Below are positions 50,686 through 64,000 of a DNA stretch of 64,000 bases, piece after piece. Every line of letters starts with the position of its first letter. The first letter of the stretch is position 1. The stretch spans positions 716,703 to 780,702 of the forward strand of contig NMRA01000037.1 of NCBI GenBank assembly GCA_002633005.1. The letters run 5' to 3'. Under the pieces are notes generated by a model. It did not search any database. It saw only the letters and a list, made by a program, of their open reading frames with translations, and was not told the origin of the DNA. The stretch comes from Phoronis australis (taxonomy: Eukaryota > Animalia > Phoronida). Made by a program: the position numbers and the translations under genes.

Positions 50686-51210
50686 CATCTGTATTTCTCA
50701 AAGGTTTTTAGATTCATTACTATCGTAAACGGCGTGTTGATTTAACTCCAGAACGACAAAGCAATCTCCGCCATCAAATCATCCATTCAACATATTGTTA
50801 AAGTGTTACAACTTAAAGCGACGTTATCGGCAAGAAAGGTATTTTTTCTGAGATCTTAAAATCTTAAAATAGCAAGGGAGTTTGTTATTTTATAGCTCTT
50901 TTCAAAGTTAATAAATTCAAGAAGTCCACTACATTCAACAATAATCCGAAAATGAGTTTTTTGGCCGTAAAACTGACAATGTCCCTTTAAAGTAATTCCC
51001 AGTGAAACTGAATCGTGAGATTTTGAGTCGTAGAACTGCTACCGGAAAGTTGCGATACGTGTAGCATTTGACTGGTCGCGCGACTGACGTGCCGACCACT
51101 GTTATGGCAACGTAAGACCGGCGAGGAGCAAACAGGTATACTAGATTTCCCTAGGAAGGACTGCTCGTGAACTAAACTAGGACTAGATGTGCTAATCATT
51201 AGATAGCAGC

Positions 51211-51305
51211 GGTGGGTGGTATTGGTGGTGGTGGTGGTGGTGGTGGGGTGGTAGTATTGGTTTGTGTTGGTGGTGGTGATGAAGGTGATGGTGGTGGCGG
51301 TAGTA
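51211..51305. repeat. (GGT)n microsatellite, imperfect
   Basis: Direct inspection. Confidence 0.85.
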
Positions 51306-54300
51306 ATTTATTACCAAAATACCTGCAGATTAAATTTGTCTAGACCAGTCAAATTTTGCATGTCGTAGTTTTCGTTGTACTAGGTATCTCTAAGGAGGTA
51401 ATACGATCAAATTCTAAACAAGATTTCGAAATCCACACAAAGGTAATTCGTGTATTTATAAGGTGTGATGCTCAGTAACTCTTCCGTGTCAAAAGATAAC
51501 TCAATACTTACCCTAGGGACGCTTAATACACATCTTCATGTGACGAACTTCTATAAAATTTAAAACAACAAGTAATTCTGGGCTGGTTTTCTCGTGAATT
51601 TACATTGAACCCGTATCCAAGGCATCAAACTTCCTTATGTTCTGTATCAAGTCTTCAAGCCTTGCTAATTTTATAGTTTGAACATTATCTATAATCACCA
51701 TCTTCCCGTGACAAATTCAATGCATCTAGTTATCGCTGCGGGAGAGGAGCGAGTCCGGTGTGCTGTGTTGGATCTTAGCTGTCTTTTGTTGACACTGTGT
51801 AGTTTATAATAGAACAAGTGCGACCGGTTTCATTCCAGTGTATTGAGTTGTTTAAAGATATTCATTTGCTATTGGCTACAAATTGAACTGCGCACGCAAA
51901 ACTGGAATGTGCCTCGAATTTCACTAACTAGATTTTAGAAACTCACTAGACCATTTCATCTGTCCACAAAAGTAACTTTTTGAAACTTACATTGGAATTT
52001 TCCTAAATACGTTGTGCTTTAAATAAGTCCCGATCTCCTTTTGCAAAAAATATGTGCCTTGTTTGATAATTATCAACTTCACCTTTAACAAATATCACGT
52101 ATTTTCATCAGGAGCATAGGTTAGGTCCAATTCTTTTATATTATGTTTTGAGTCGTTTACATGTATAATACCTTTTACGCTTCAGAGGTGACCGGTTAAA
52201 AGCTTTCAAAAATACTATGTACCAGTGTATTCCTGATTATACGTTGCTGCTTATTTGAATGCTAGAATGACGTCGTAATATCGGACGACAAAAAGCATAG
52301 GTCTGGGGACTTGAACGGAAAGGGTGAAGTTTCTCCCATAATTCAACATCCCAACCTCACCGACCAATCACTTTAGTGGTGGCCACCATTGTTTGTCTAC
52401 AGTATTAATATCTCGAACTTACTGAAGTAGATTTATTATCCCATTTATGTGTGGAATGTGTCATTGAATACAGGAAAGTAAGACCAATTCGAATCCAATG
52501 GTTGAGACCGTATTCCACGCTTGGTGTACCGTCTCCTGGCCTGGCGGAGTAATTTCGAGTATACGACGACAAATTTGATCATAGTTCGGTCGCACGGTGA
52601 TCAGGCATCGTTATTTTTAACTCGGGTCATCAGAAATAGGTCAATTGCCTACACAACGTCATCAACAAAGTCGGGTAAAATCCAATTCTAATCAGACGAA
52701 AAGGTTTTGTTATGAATGCATACAGTTAAATTGCATAAATAAGTAAGATATCCGATCTACAGGAGATTGCGACCTTATGCCGAGTATGTGTTTTTTACTG
52801 ACGCAATCGTCTGCTCGCACCGTTCCTCGACTCTGTGTCTAGCTGTTTGTGGAAAAATTTTCTGGTTTGCGAGATACAGTCCTCAGCTCAAGTTCTCAGA
52901 ATCAGCACAGTTTCCATCGTTATTTTCCGGTGCTGTGATCAACGAGGGGAATATGTTTATTATCATTTCCTTTTCAGAAGCTAAGAAACGCAAAAATACT
53001 GCTAAAATCAACGAAATTTATCGAACCTATAACGACTCACCGCTGTACAACTGTTCAGTTAAACTTTCAAATTTGTATATATGACGTCATATAACAACAA
53101 GCCAAAGAACATGGCAACAAGATATCGCCGCGACGCAAATAACTTCATAATGTATATGATATGGGATGAATAGGTTTATTCTACATAGAATTTCCTATCC
53201 GCGGTAAAAAGTTAGTAGACGTAGAACACGGGTTTTAAATTATTTTTGTTGAATTTTTGATTAATTGGAACAAATACCATAAACATAAGATTTATCAGTT
53301 GCTGGGAGAAAATATAGCGTTGGGTTTTAGGCAGTCTTGAGGGAAGAGCAAACACAATTAGTTATGCAACGTAAAAATGTATCAAAACACGTTTGTATAT
53401 TGGCTTGTATTACTAAATACAGATCTTTCGATACTCTACTTTTTCGGATTATTTTTGAAATATAAGGATTGTCAAACTTCAAGACGAATGGTACTTTATA
53501 TCTCTTTGTTTGCTTCGCGGTGTTTGAAATATATGTATTATTGAGACTGATGTATCCTGCATTGTTGGCGTTATAACTACAGTGAGGTGTCTGATAATTG
53601 TTTGCAAGTTGTATGCTTTTTCAACTGTGATGTTATTTTTGATGACCAAATGACTCTGAATATTGCTATTCATGAAATCCCTACCTTAACTGATTATTGA
53701 GGGATGTACATAAGACCATAACTCATATTTGCGAATAACGACCATATAATGGATTAAAAGTTCGTCGATTCTATGCGTAGTTTCAATAACCCGTGCGTCT
53801 ATGCCTATCCATCCAAAACACAGCACACTGTAAGGAAAAAATTAATTCATGGTTCTAAAGTTTTTAGGGACTTTTCCAAGCATTAGACACGTGACCAAGC
53901 CCCCATGTTACTTACTCGATTACTGCGGCCTTCTAAGGGTATTGTTGAAAATCAGGGATGTTGGTATGGAATGTATTATAGATTATTAATTATGGCGGCC
54001 ATTCCATGACTATTCTAATATCATTACTAATCCAGAATAGAGTGACTGCCAAACTACGTGGACTATAAAAACGGACATTCCCATGAAAAGTTATGACTAA
54101 TGCCAAACTTTTCACTAAGTATTTGAAACTAAAACTAGAAATTTGCTGTGAATTCGAACTCGCCGAAATCAAGATATTTGGCTGATTGCTCTGCAGCCTA
54201 CGACAACACTTGCAAAAGAAATCTAGTTTGACATTCATTTCGCCTTAGAAACGACATTGATTGTTTTGAAAAAACAATCGTTTCGCCGTGGCAATAGTGG

Positions 54301-54471
54301 CTACAACCATTGTTACCGATATAGAGGCTCGTGCGAGTATAGACATTCAGAGCTAATTTGAATAGGTAGTGTCCTCACCTTTACCTAACAACTGCCGATG
54401 TACTATATGCACTGCGAGGGGACTTCTCTTTCCGTGAATCATGTTTGGTGCCGTGGATGTTCGCGACCAAT

Positions 54472-57400
54472 TCACGCGGCTTCAGTAGCAATACTCAGTA
54501 CATGTCCTTCTGACAACCGACGTGCCAGTTCGCGGTTATCTAACATATCCATAATAGATTTCCAAGTCTCCACTCGATCCATCTGCCTGCGTTATTCAAT
54601 CTAATTGAAGTTGTCGCGCTCAGCGCTCCTGTTTAGCTATTCCTGAGGGGTTTATCCGTGCAGATCTATTAGAAATTTCTATACAATGGCCGAGGTTTAA
54701 TGTGACAAATGTTATAACTCCAAATCAAAATAATGAGCTCTAACTTAAGTGGATAGGTGCAGTGAGTGCTACGTAAAGAAATCACGACCACTGCGTGGAC
54801 GCAGAGAAATGACAAATCGCTATTGTGCATATTAATATAAGCAATTTGCTAGGATTAATATGAGGAAATAGGGCACGAGTACTTCTACCTTTAAAATCCT
54901 TGGGTTGTTACAGACAGGCCTAGTGATGTTGTGCCCATCTAACCTCAATGATTTATAAATTACTATTTACAAAGATGAGCACAACAAAAGCGATCTGAAT
55001 TTTAAAGAGCGATTAAATTTTAAGTTTCAACCGTCCGTTAAAGAGAACTGGAACGCGAAAAACAGACTAAATTGCATAAATGAAAGTGGTTTTCTACCAC
55101 TGAAATATAATCCAACGTGTTCACCAGATATTTTCACGGTTTGATCGTAAAGATTTTGAATTTCTTTTGATGTCAGAGCATTTTTCTTTTAGTTTCAAAT
55201 TTCGAAAAACGATCTGTCAACTGCTCGTCTGCCGTTAATATCCTTCTTGTCAGTCAGGTGTTTGTCGAATGAGTGTGAGCGCATACCCGCATTCATCGTA
55301 AGTGTGAGGAAAATTTGAAACTTTGTGGTGACTACAGAGATAATCCTCAGCGTGTATTTCAAAACTCGTGAATCTTGCGATTTTTAGAGGAGATTCCTTC
55401 TCGGGAAATTCGCGTTCCGTCTTACTTTAAGTCGCCATTAAAGCGGCTATAAATGTCAATTTTTAAGATTACCAATCTCTGAAAATTAATCTCAACTTGT
55501 TCCTTCCTCGCATGAGAAGTGGTGTCTGGGTTTGCAAAGACTTGGCAGTTCGTTATTCTAGGAGATCGTGCTTGGTGCATCAAAGGACGCGCCGCGACAG
55601 ACGAAAGTGAAGAGTCTGGGTCCCGTTCAAAGAAACCAACTTAAATTCATTTTTGACTTAAGTCTAAGATTTGTCTCAACTTCCCAATTTTGAAACTTCC
55701 ACGTCCCGTAAGTTACGACAAATGTAAGGCAAATTTTATGTCAAAGATTTAAATCAAACTTAAGTCAAACTTAAGATCATTTTCTTGGAACGGACAAATT
55801 TAGGTTTTGTCTTAAAGTTGACGTCAGCTTAAGATTGATCTTAGCTAAGTCAGTTTTCTTGCAAGGGGCCCCTGGTATCAAGCAGCAGTAACGAACTGCC
55901 GGTTCATTCGAAAGCCTGAAATCAAATCCAGATTCACTGAGCTACAATTTGACCCCAATTTCATAAAGGTAAATAGTATAAATCAAAACTTACTTTTGTA
56001 AATTGAAACGTGTGATTATAGACGCTTAATCTTTTTTATTCTTGGCGAAAATGTTTGATAGAAGTTGAAGCCTCAGTTGTGCGGTTGCACGGTAGATTTT
56101 TAGATTTATAATCTATTTGTTTTTTTGAGTGATACATTAAAACAGAAACAGGTGCTCGGCGATAAACTGCCTATTGAAACTTCACATCAACGACCAAGAG
56201 ATTATTTGGTGTCAACATCGTAGAATCTGTCGCTTAATATTGTAAACAACGCATTGATGAGGAGCGGACTCTCAAATGTAAACTTTGATGAAACTTGTAG
56301 CTTTTTTCTATTTAGTATACGTAAATTTGCAGCACTTCAGAAATCGCACTGCATCTGTTGTATTCTCATAGCAGATTGTAAATAAAGAGAATTTATAAAC
56401 ATAGAGACTGGGAATAGTTTGGCCATTGGCTACAAAGAAAGCTGGTCACAACTGCGAAGAGTCTTCAAACAGACAAGTGTCGAGATGAAATTGTTTTTCT
56501 TACTTTGCGTCTGTTCCATTCTTCTTCTGCAAGGTAGGTAGATACCGACTTGACCCAATTGAAAAGAGCTGAATAACACAATTCTGATGTAGGGCAGCTG
56601 GTATTCCTGTCTCACGAACCGCTTGACGATTGCATAAGCAGCATTATCTTTTTCATGAGATGTAGATTTTTCATTCAACACGTCTCTTTTCTAACGAACA
56701 TTTTCCGGTTTTACAAAATGTATGTTTTGCCGTTCTTTGAGGTTAACCTGGTTTGGAAATATTGTAAAGCAACGTTGTATTCAACTTGACAATCTTTTTC
56801 CCGTGGTGATGTCTAAAAGTGAACTCGTTTTAGCTTTTGTCGAGAAAATGATGTCCTAAGATACGGTAAAGCCGCGTCATTTTCGGCCACTCAAAATTAA
56901 TTCAAGTAGATCCACGCAGATAGTTGATTTAAATCTAACTCAGTATTGCATACGGGTGACTGCTATGGTGACGTCAGGCCTAATCGTTGATAACGTGGTA
57001 TGAAATCAGTTCATCACCTACCAACTTTTTCATTCTTGTTTTTGTATCATGAAATCCATGTAGTGTTCGCGTTACATTAACGACGCTCTTGACTTCGTGT
57101 CCATCAGTCAGAATGAGCCACATCAACAGAACGCTGAAAATTATAGCCCTGTTTGTATTTCGTATTTCATTGTCCAAATTGTTTAACTTGAGAATTTCAA
57201 AGTTACTTAACTGTGTTAAAAAATATTTACAATTTTGATTATTTTTACAATTGTTATGTTATTCTTAAATCGCATAATTCAGGGCAGTTTTGAATAAATT
57301 AGCGCTGAAATTTGTGGAGTGGTTTCTATTACAATTAACTCCTTTTCCTGTTTGTATATGAAAGACATTTAAGAACCTCTGAGTCACAAATATTCGTTTT

Positions 57401-60400
57401 CATCAAGATCGATGCCTGTCCGTCCCTATTATTCCTTGAAATTCACTACTTTCTGATTTCTGCTTACGAGTATAGTTCTGATTTTACAAATTTCTCTGTA
57501 AGGAACCAAGGTAGTTTTCCTGTCCTGGCGTTGATTCTTTTTCACGAGCTGTTACGTCAGTTATATTTTCAATGCTTTCTTGTAACTAGGAAGCAATACT
57601 TGCTTCCATCTTGTAAGCGCATTGTGTTGCATGAGTATTTATCAAAAGTAGGACTTTTATGATTCTTAAGGAAAATTTGAAAACTAAACGATAAGTTAGA
57701 AAACTGTAGCATTTTTTGCGATTTCATCTTGAATATTTGTATCAAATAAAATTTGCTTATGTTACTAATACCGTTGTTTTCCTATGACTGTACCCTTCCG
57801 TTTTCCTAAATTTTACTTTAAATACATGGTCACGTGACCCAGTTAACGGTACGTTGATACAAAGTTAACAATCAAAGGTCGCAGGCTTTCAGAGAATATA
57901 AAATAAAAAAAATAAATAAATACTGTAGTTTTGTTAATATTTGACTGGGTGCCAATAATATCTATAAGGTCCATAAACCGCACAGTCCCTACTGTACGCA
58001 AACGTCTCTTTACCAGGTGCCGTGGTACATGGCGGTTTTGGCTGCCCAAATGACGTGCTCTGTCACAACCACTGTACAAGCATCGGATACAGAGGCGGAT
58101 ACTGTAAATGGCAGCTCCGTTGTACCTGCTACGGGAATTCAGGGTTTGTTACGAGCTTTTGAGTAACAGGCGGACGCACTGGACACAGAATGGCCGAAGA
58201 CACTAAGAAATTTGAAATGTATTTGAAATGTTGTGATTAACACGAACTACATTTGATCACTCAATAATAAATGTTGTAATCGAATGACATGGAAACAAAG
58301 GAATGATAATCCACGAGAGTTCATTAAATTCAGGAAACATCAAAATTGTGCTGATTTTCATAAAACGGTGAAAAATGTACAGGTCAATTTTTCAATCCAT
58401 ATTTTAGACAACAAGATTAAGTACATTGCTGCACTTTGTTGACGTCAATCTCTTTACCTTTTCACAATGTCATCTGCTGACCAATTTGCAAATGAAGAGA
58501 TATTGCTTAGTTGGTTTTGGGGGGTCACCAGTTAAAAAGACGAGTTTTTTATCTTTGAAATTACGTATAAAAGTATTTTTAAAATTATTCCTCGCAGAAG
58601 AAGATTTATATCATGAATTCGTACGCTTTCACAAAGATTGATTTGGTTTTGCTACACTTATCGTAACAAGGGAAACGCGTTTTATTTGGCAAAGTCTTAC
58701 AATTAGAACGTACTAGAAAAACGTTTAGCAAGTTTTAATGTAAAACATGCCGCAGAATGGAGTGCTCAGTTATTGAGATCTTAATTAAAATAAATACAAT
58801 AGTTAATACCTTTTCCGCAACACAAATATCACTTATGAGCTAAACGGTGTCGGCAACTTGTTGTGTTAATCAGATTTGTGGCTAACATTTAATAGAAAAA
58901 ACATTTCACAGTTTCTAACCGTCTCCACAGATGGTAGCAAACGTTGAATCTGTCGTATTATAATGCGGATAATTCACAAAATTAACATCAGATTCGCTCG
59001 CAGCGTGATTCGCCACCGACACTGTTAATAACGCACTTTCACACATTGTTTCTCGAGCCGCACACGTAAAAAACGTTCCGGACCGCTGCCGAAACATTCC
59101 GTATTAATTTACGTCGGTTTAGGTTACCAACTTCAAATGCTACCATAAACTTTGAGACTTTTTAAATGCCAAAAATAAATAGAAGGTAAACCCATTAAGA
59201 GGCGTGAAGGCGCGTGCGGACCTGGCCGCTTAGAGCTTTGAAACTAGCAACAGTTGTTAGGCAGAAACCCCGTGGCGAAGAGGTTCTAATAGTACCATGA
59301 CGTGTTGGAACGCCTAAACTTCAACTTTTTATGTACTTCATACGTTAAATTATGCATAAATGTGTGGAGCGATGGCTAAAGTTTTGCGTTAAGATTAAAA
59401 CGCTGACGATATGGATACTTTTCATCGCGTGGTTGGCTTTTTTTCCTCTTAGTTAACAGAGGCGAACACATTTTCTCAAGTTGAATCAGACGAAAAAAGA
59501 GAGGGGTTAGAAAATTCTGAGACAAAAAATTCTAAATACAACAACATTTTGAAAACGGTCATGAAATGTAACGTGTTTTTTAAAACTGTTTGCTAAATTG
59601 TTGATAGCTACTCGTAATTAATTACAAATCCTTTTTCAATGTCATCTCACGAGAAAAAATGTAATGCAAAGCCGTATTTAGGTACATTTGTTTTACGAAT
59701 ACATTTACATTATAATATATCTAATATTTACGATATTATCATTTCTTGTAGTACTAGTGGTGTAGTATTTATTTATTGTTGTGAAATCACACTAATTCGG
59801 GTACAATAATGAAAAAATAAGGAACACTCTGCCCGACATTGTAAGATGGACTTACAAGTCACGTTAAAGACCCACGCAAGCCAAAATCACAAACTTCAAA
59901 GTGGAATAAATCCAAGTAGTTGTGGCGAATCTTCCCATTAAAATACTGGTGAACTCCACTCGGTGCCGGCCTTATCATGTATAATGAGGAATGGTGATTC
60001 GACTGATTAAACAAGGAAAAAGTTTCACCACAGATATGAACCAAAACAATAATTTTCAAAAATGATGCTGTATGGGTTATTAAACGAAAAGTTAAAATCA
60101 TCAAAGCAAACATTGTCATCCACAGGGATCATTTCAGAAAATACGTAGTTATGGGTGAGTTGACCCGCACGGTCTCACGTCTGTGGACCAGTTTGCAGGA
60201 CGTATGGGCCACGTTAGTATTTTATCCTTTTTCAATTCCAGTTTAAATGGGCCCGATGACTTGAGTTAAGAACTCATAGTGCGTCAATGAAATTATTTTG
60301 TGCTAATGATGCTGGCGCGCTCTTAAAATTATCCCTGTATATCCACTAAAATTACCCCTGTATAGTCACTAAGGCAAAAATAAAATACATTCGTGAATCT

Positions 60401-63054
60401 TGTGAACGTAAAATCATATTTTTTCATGACGATTTTCAACTTTTATTGGTGATTTTCAAAAATAGGTTTTAATCAAACTTTTAGCATAAAAATCGTCGCT
60501 AATATTAGAAAGAAGGGTTCACTCAAGTAAATATGACTACACATTTCAAGTTGTTGACATACATGTAACATATAAAATCCATTATCAGCATCGATTGATC
60601 TAAGTCTTCCTGTCTTATTTGCCAACTATAAGGATACTGGCCGCAAAAGTGAACGTTACAGACCAGGCAATACAAATGATCCAACTCCAAAAATGTCCAT
60701 AACTATTAGATTATTACTGTTGTAACTGGGTTTGTCATTGTTATTGTTAAAAAATTGTGCTCAGATTTCTTGCTCAAAATATTCTTCAAAATATGACACC
60801 GGTATAGTTTTTTCGTGATCTATCAGGTTAGGTCAGTGTTCTGATGTTCGTCCAAACACGGAGACGTTTGTGTGTCTATGGACTAAACTTGTGCAGTAAT
60901 ATTCGTCCATCGAATTTTGTGAAGTTATTCCTTCATAAACTCTGATTTATTCCCTGATCAAGAATTAAGAAATATACAGGAAATAATATCAGGGCTGTTC
61001 CTGGGTTAAAACTTATAAAACTGTCCCTGCTTTAGTAAATAGTTGACGTTACCATTTCAAAAATAACAATACAAGCAAAATGTTAAGACACCAATTTACC
61101 AGCCTTGTCACGTTTCGTTTTATTTTTAAAATGCTTGTTAAATACGGGAATGTTTAAATGAATGGTATTAATCCAGAAATAACGTTGGTAAAACATTCAG
61201 AAACTTGGAGATAGAAATCAAGCTTTTTGAACAGGATCAATTTTGGTAATACCATTGACAATGTCAACCTAAAGGCGAATGTAGGGCCGTGGCCAGAGGA
61301 ATTCTACCAACGAACGGACATAAAGAGACATTTCTGTATTACACCGAAACAGAACTGGCCAAAAGTTGTAAGGAAGTCAGGACAACCCTGAGTTTTTGCC
61401 TTCAGCCATAAACAGTTCTTGGTATGCAGTTCAGGAAAATGATATCACCTGTTACTCGGAAAGCAGTGGATCGCTGGTAACCATGGAAACGGCTGAATAT
61501 TCAGTAGGTACTTTTATGGATGCATGTAACTGGTTTCGTTGTGATTTGGAGTTTGACAATGGTCGGCGTGAACGTACAACTGTTTCTGTTGAGTTATAAG
61601 ATGTGCACGGGGTCAGCGGATTAGACATCGAATATTCCTAATAAAGCTCGCGTGGCATCAACGGAACAAGTAAGTTACACTTCCAATATGTAAACGGTTT
61701 TCGATGGTTGTTTCGAGCAAAAATCGAGCATACCATTAATGGTGATACTCTAAACACAAAGACGGCAATAATTATAATCAAGAACATTTGAGTAGCTTTG
61801 AAACATACAGTTTATTTAACTTCATTGAAATTATTTGTGTTACAACCTCGAACCCTGTGCCCGTATGATCCCTTACTACGATCCTAGGTTGGCGATTGAA
61901 TACTTCACGTAATAGCAAACTTTTCACGTCGTTCAATGCGAGTACAGTCGTTAGCGCCCCGTTGCGGATTGTATCTAAAACAACTTTTCATGTTCTGAAT
62001 GCGAAGTGATACCGCGGATTCCTTACGCAAGAAGAGCGATCCTCTCCCTGTTCCTGTATAGTTTACTGTTTCCTCCTTTCCAAACGTTCAACCATTTTCT
62101 CTTGATAAATTCAAATAAAATACGGAAAAAACTTACGTGATATACAGAAACAGGAACAATAGGCGAAATATTGGCTATAATACATTGCAGTGGATTCCTC
62201 CTATACGAAAAGTCGCTGATTCTATTACAGTTGGAAAAGTGAATGCATCTCAAATATTGAGAATCTAAGCCAAAGAGTTCGTTTAAGTATTTGTTCGTTT
62301 AAGTATTTCACGTTGTCACTGCTAATCATTCGCCACCGAAAACAAGCATTGATTTACCATAACATTCATCAGCTTGTCGTAAACGAAATACGAATACCCT
62401 TTGTGCACTACAAAATTCCCAATGAGCACCATTTCATGTTGTTACGTGTTACAACCATCATTTGTTAAAAGGACATTGTCGGCGAGATTTTCCGATACCA
62501 GCCTCAACGAGGAATTGACCTTGCAACCTATGAAGCGCGTAGAAATATGCTTAGTCTATGTGCACTTTTGCTTAATCTACCATACGCGTACTTTTGCTTA
62601 ATCTACGCGTACTTTTGCTTAATCTACGAGTACTTTTAGTTCTTTAAAGATCATCGTTCTGCTCTCTGCTGGAGACGCTAAAGTCAACTCCATAAATGGT
62701 TGTGTATTTTGAGCATATTGAACACAGGCCTGAACTTCAGCGAATGACTGACAGGCAACGATGAGAACTGGCTATTTGTGAGTCACAAATGAACACAACG
62801 GATTTTGATCTGGTCAAAACTAAAAACTTCACTAAGTCTGTCCCATCCAACTATAATCCGAACAACCGTGAAACCGGCAATCATCCTTTAACAATACACC
62901 AATGAGTTTTAAAATGTAATGTAAAAACGATGTCACGGAAATTTAATTCACAATAAAAATCATCACATTTATTCTTTTCTAAAACTGTACATGTTGGGTA
63001 ACAGGAACTACGTGTTTGGACATACAGTTTCGCTGTATACCCAGTGACCATCAT
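54472..63054 (-). CDS. Tentative small secreted prohormone-like protein (~121 aa, micro-exon gene)
   Basis: Phase-consistent exons 63054-63041 (uncertain), 62053-62027, 57133-57022, 56690-56616, 56526-56504 and 54586-54472 (weak acceptor). Protein: [121 protein letters not shown]. The middle four exons have good GT-AG signals; the first and last are weaker. Confidence 0.42.
55619..55871. mobile_element. PIF/Harbinger-like MITE with internal CTTAAG subrepeats
   Basis: ctg|ggtcccgttcaaagaaac ... gttttcttgcaaggggccc|ctg: imperfect TIR with CTG flanks. Confidence 0.6.
62564..62637. repeat. Short tandem repeat, ~21-bp unit x3.5
   Basis: Unit tacttttgcttaatctacgcg. Confidence 0.85.
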
Positions 63055-64000
63055 TTCCGACCAATAAAAGCTCGTTCGTTGAAGGAAAACTATTTCCTTG
63101 AATGTCAATAGCTTCAAGTGCTTATGAAGGTGTGAATCGAGCGCGTAGCTTGTGTTCCCACTGGAATGTAATCGGAGGGTTTCTATTTTCGGACATTCCA
63201 CTGTGTAAATGTTAGTAGGTCACTTCCTCTATATGGCCATTGACGAGTGCGCACCTGGCGGTGAGGACATAAATTACACATGTTATCTTAGCCCCGCCGT
63301 GACACAGCGCACGTGGTGTACGGAGTGGACAGAGACGGAATGTTTACGTTAGATACAGAAGGACAAGTTGATGAACTGCACTCTAGGTTAAATAAAGCTT
63401 ATTACACATGAAAGAGGCACTGCTTGGAGAGGAAATCGGGCCTTGCTGAAATACATAGAGACTGACATTTATCAGCGTATTTACTCTTTCGTCTAATAAA
63501 AATCTCAACGCAGCTATGATATGTTTATATTTTGTTGTGATTGAGATAATTATGAGATAGATAAAATATTGATAAGAAGTTATCAAAATTTAGGGTGAAA
63601 ATAGATTGATACTTTCCGTGTAAGACACGTGTACTGTTGCCGATGAGAAAACCTGTTACGCGTTGTAGCTGAAACAGTTTCACTCCAATGATTTATATTG
63701 AAACGTCTAAGTGACGTTATCGGCTTTCGCCCCGAAAAGAGATTTTTGGGGGTTACTTTTGGATTTCATAGACTTCTTGGAAGTTATTGAAAAAACAAAA
63801 TCCTTTGTGTTTTGTGATTTTATTAAAATACAAGTCGCCAATTCTAAAGATTGTCGACTAAAGAATTTGTTGAAATCGTGCCGAACGTACCATTTAAATA
63901 CGTCATTTATAGTGTGGGAAATGGCGTAGCGATAGCGCATCATTCGCTGCTACTGCGAATCCGCGTTCCTGCAAATTTCTATGAAATAATTTTCTCGCCG

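Overview
AT-rich, intron-containing animal genomic DNA, not prokaryotic. The gene and repeat content suggests a marine invertebrate deuterostome such as a hemichordate, which is inference only. The six-frame ORF track is mostly noise because the real genes are split into short exons; I built them by hand from splice signals and reading phase. (1) A SEA-domain gene fragment on the - strand runs off the left edge. (2) A 5-coding-exon, 159-aa neuropeptide precursor on + (29181-34567) resembles the invertebrate parathyroid-hormone-like (iPTH/PXXXamide) family. It carries two homologous peptides, each on its own symmetric exon, and has two candidate TATA promoters. (3) A convergent 11-exon, ~748-aa CNBD2-like cyclic-nucleotide-binding protein lies on - (37101-50552) with an RFX X-box-like site upstream. 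(4) A tentative second small secreted, prohormone-like gene lies on - (about 54472-63054). The rest contains a Kolobok-like element with a decayed THAP domain, several MITE families (some with clear target-site duplications), microsatellites, and a ~1.8 kb near-duplicate flanking an assembly gap.
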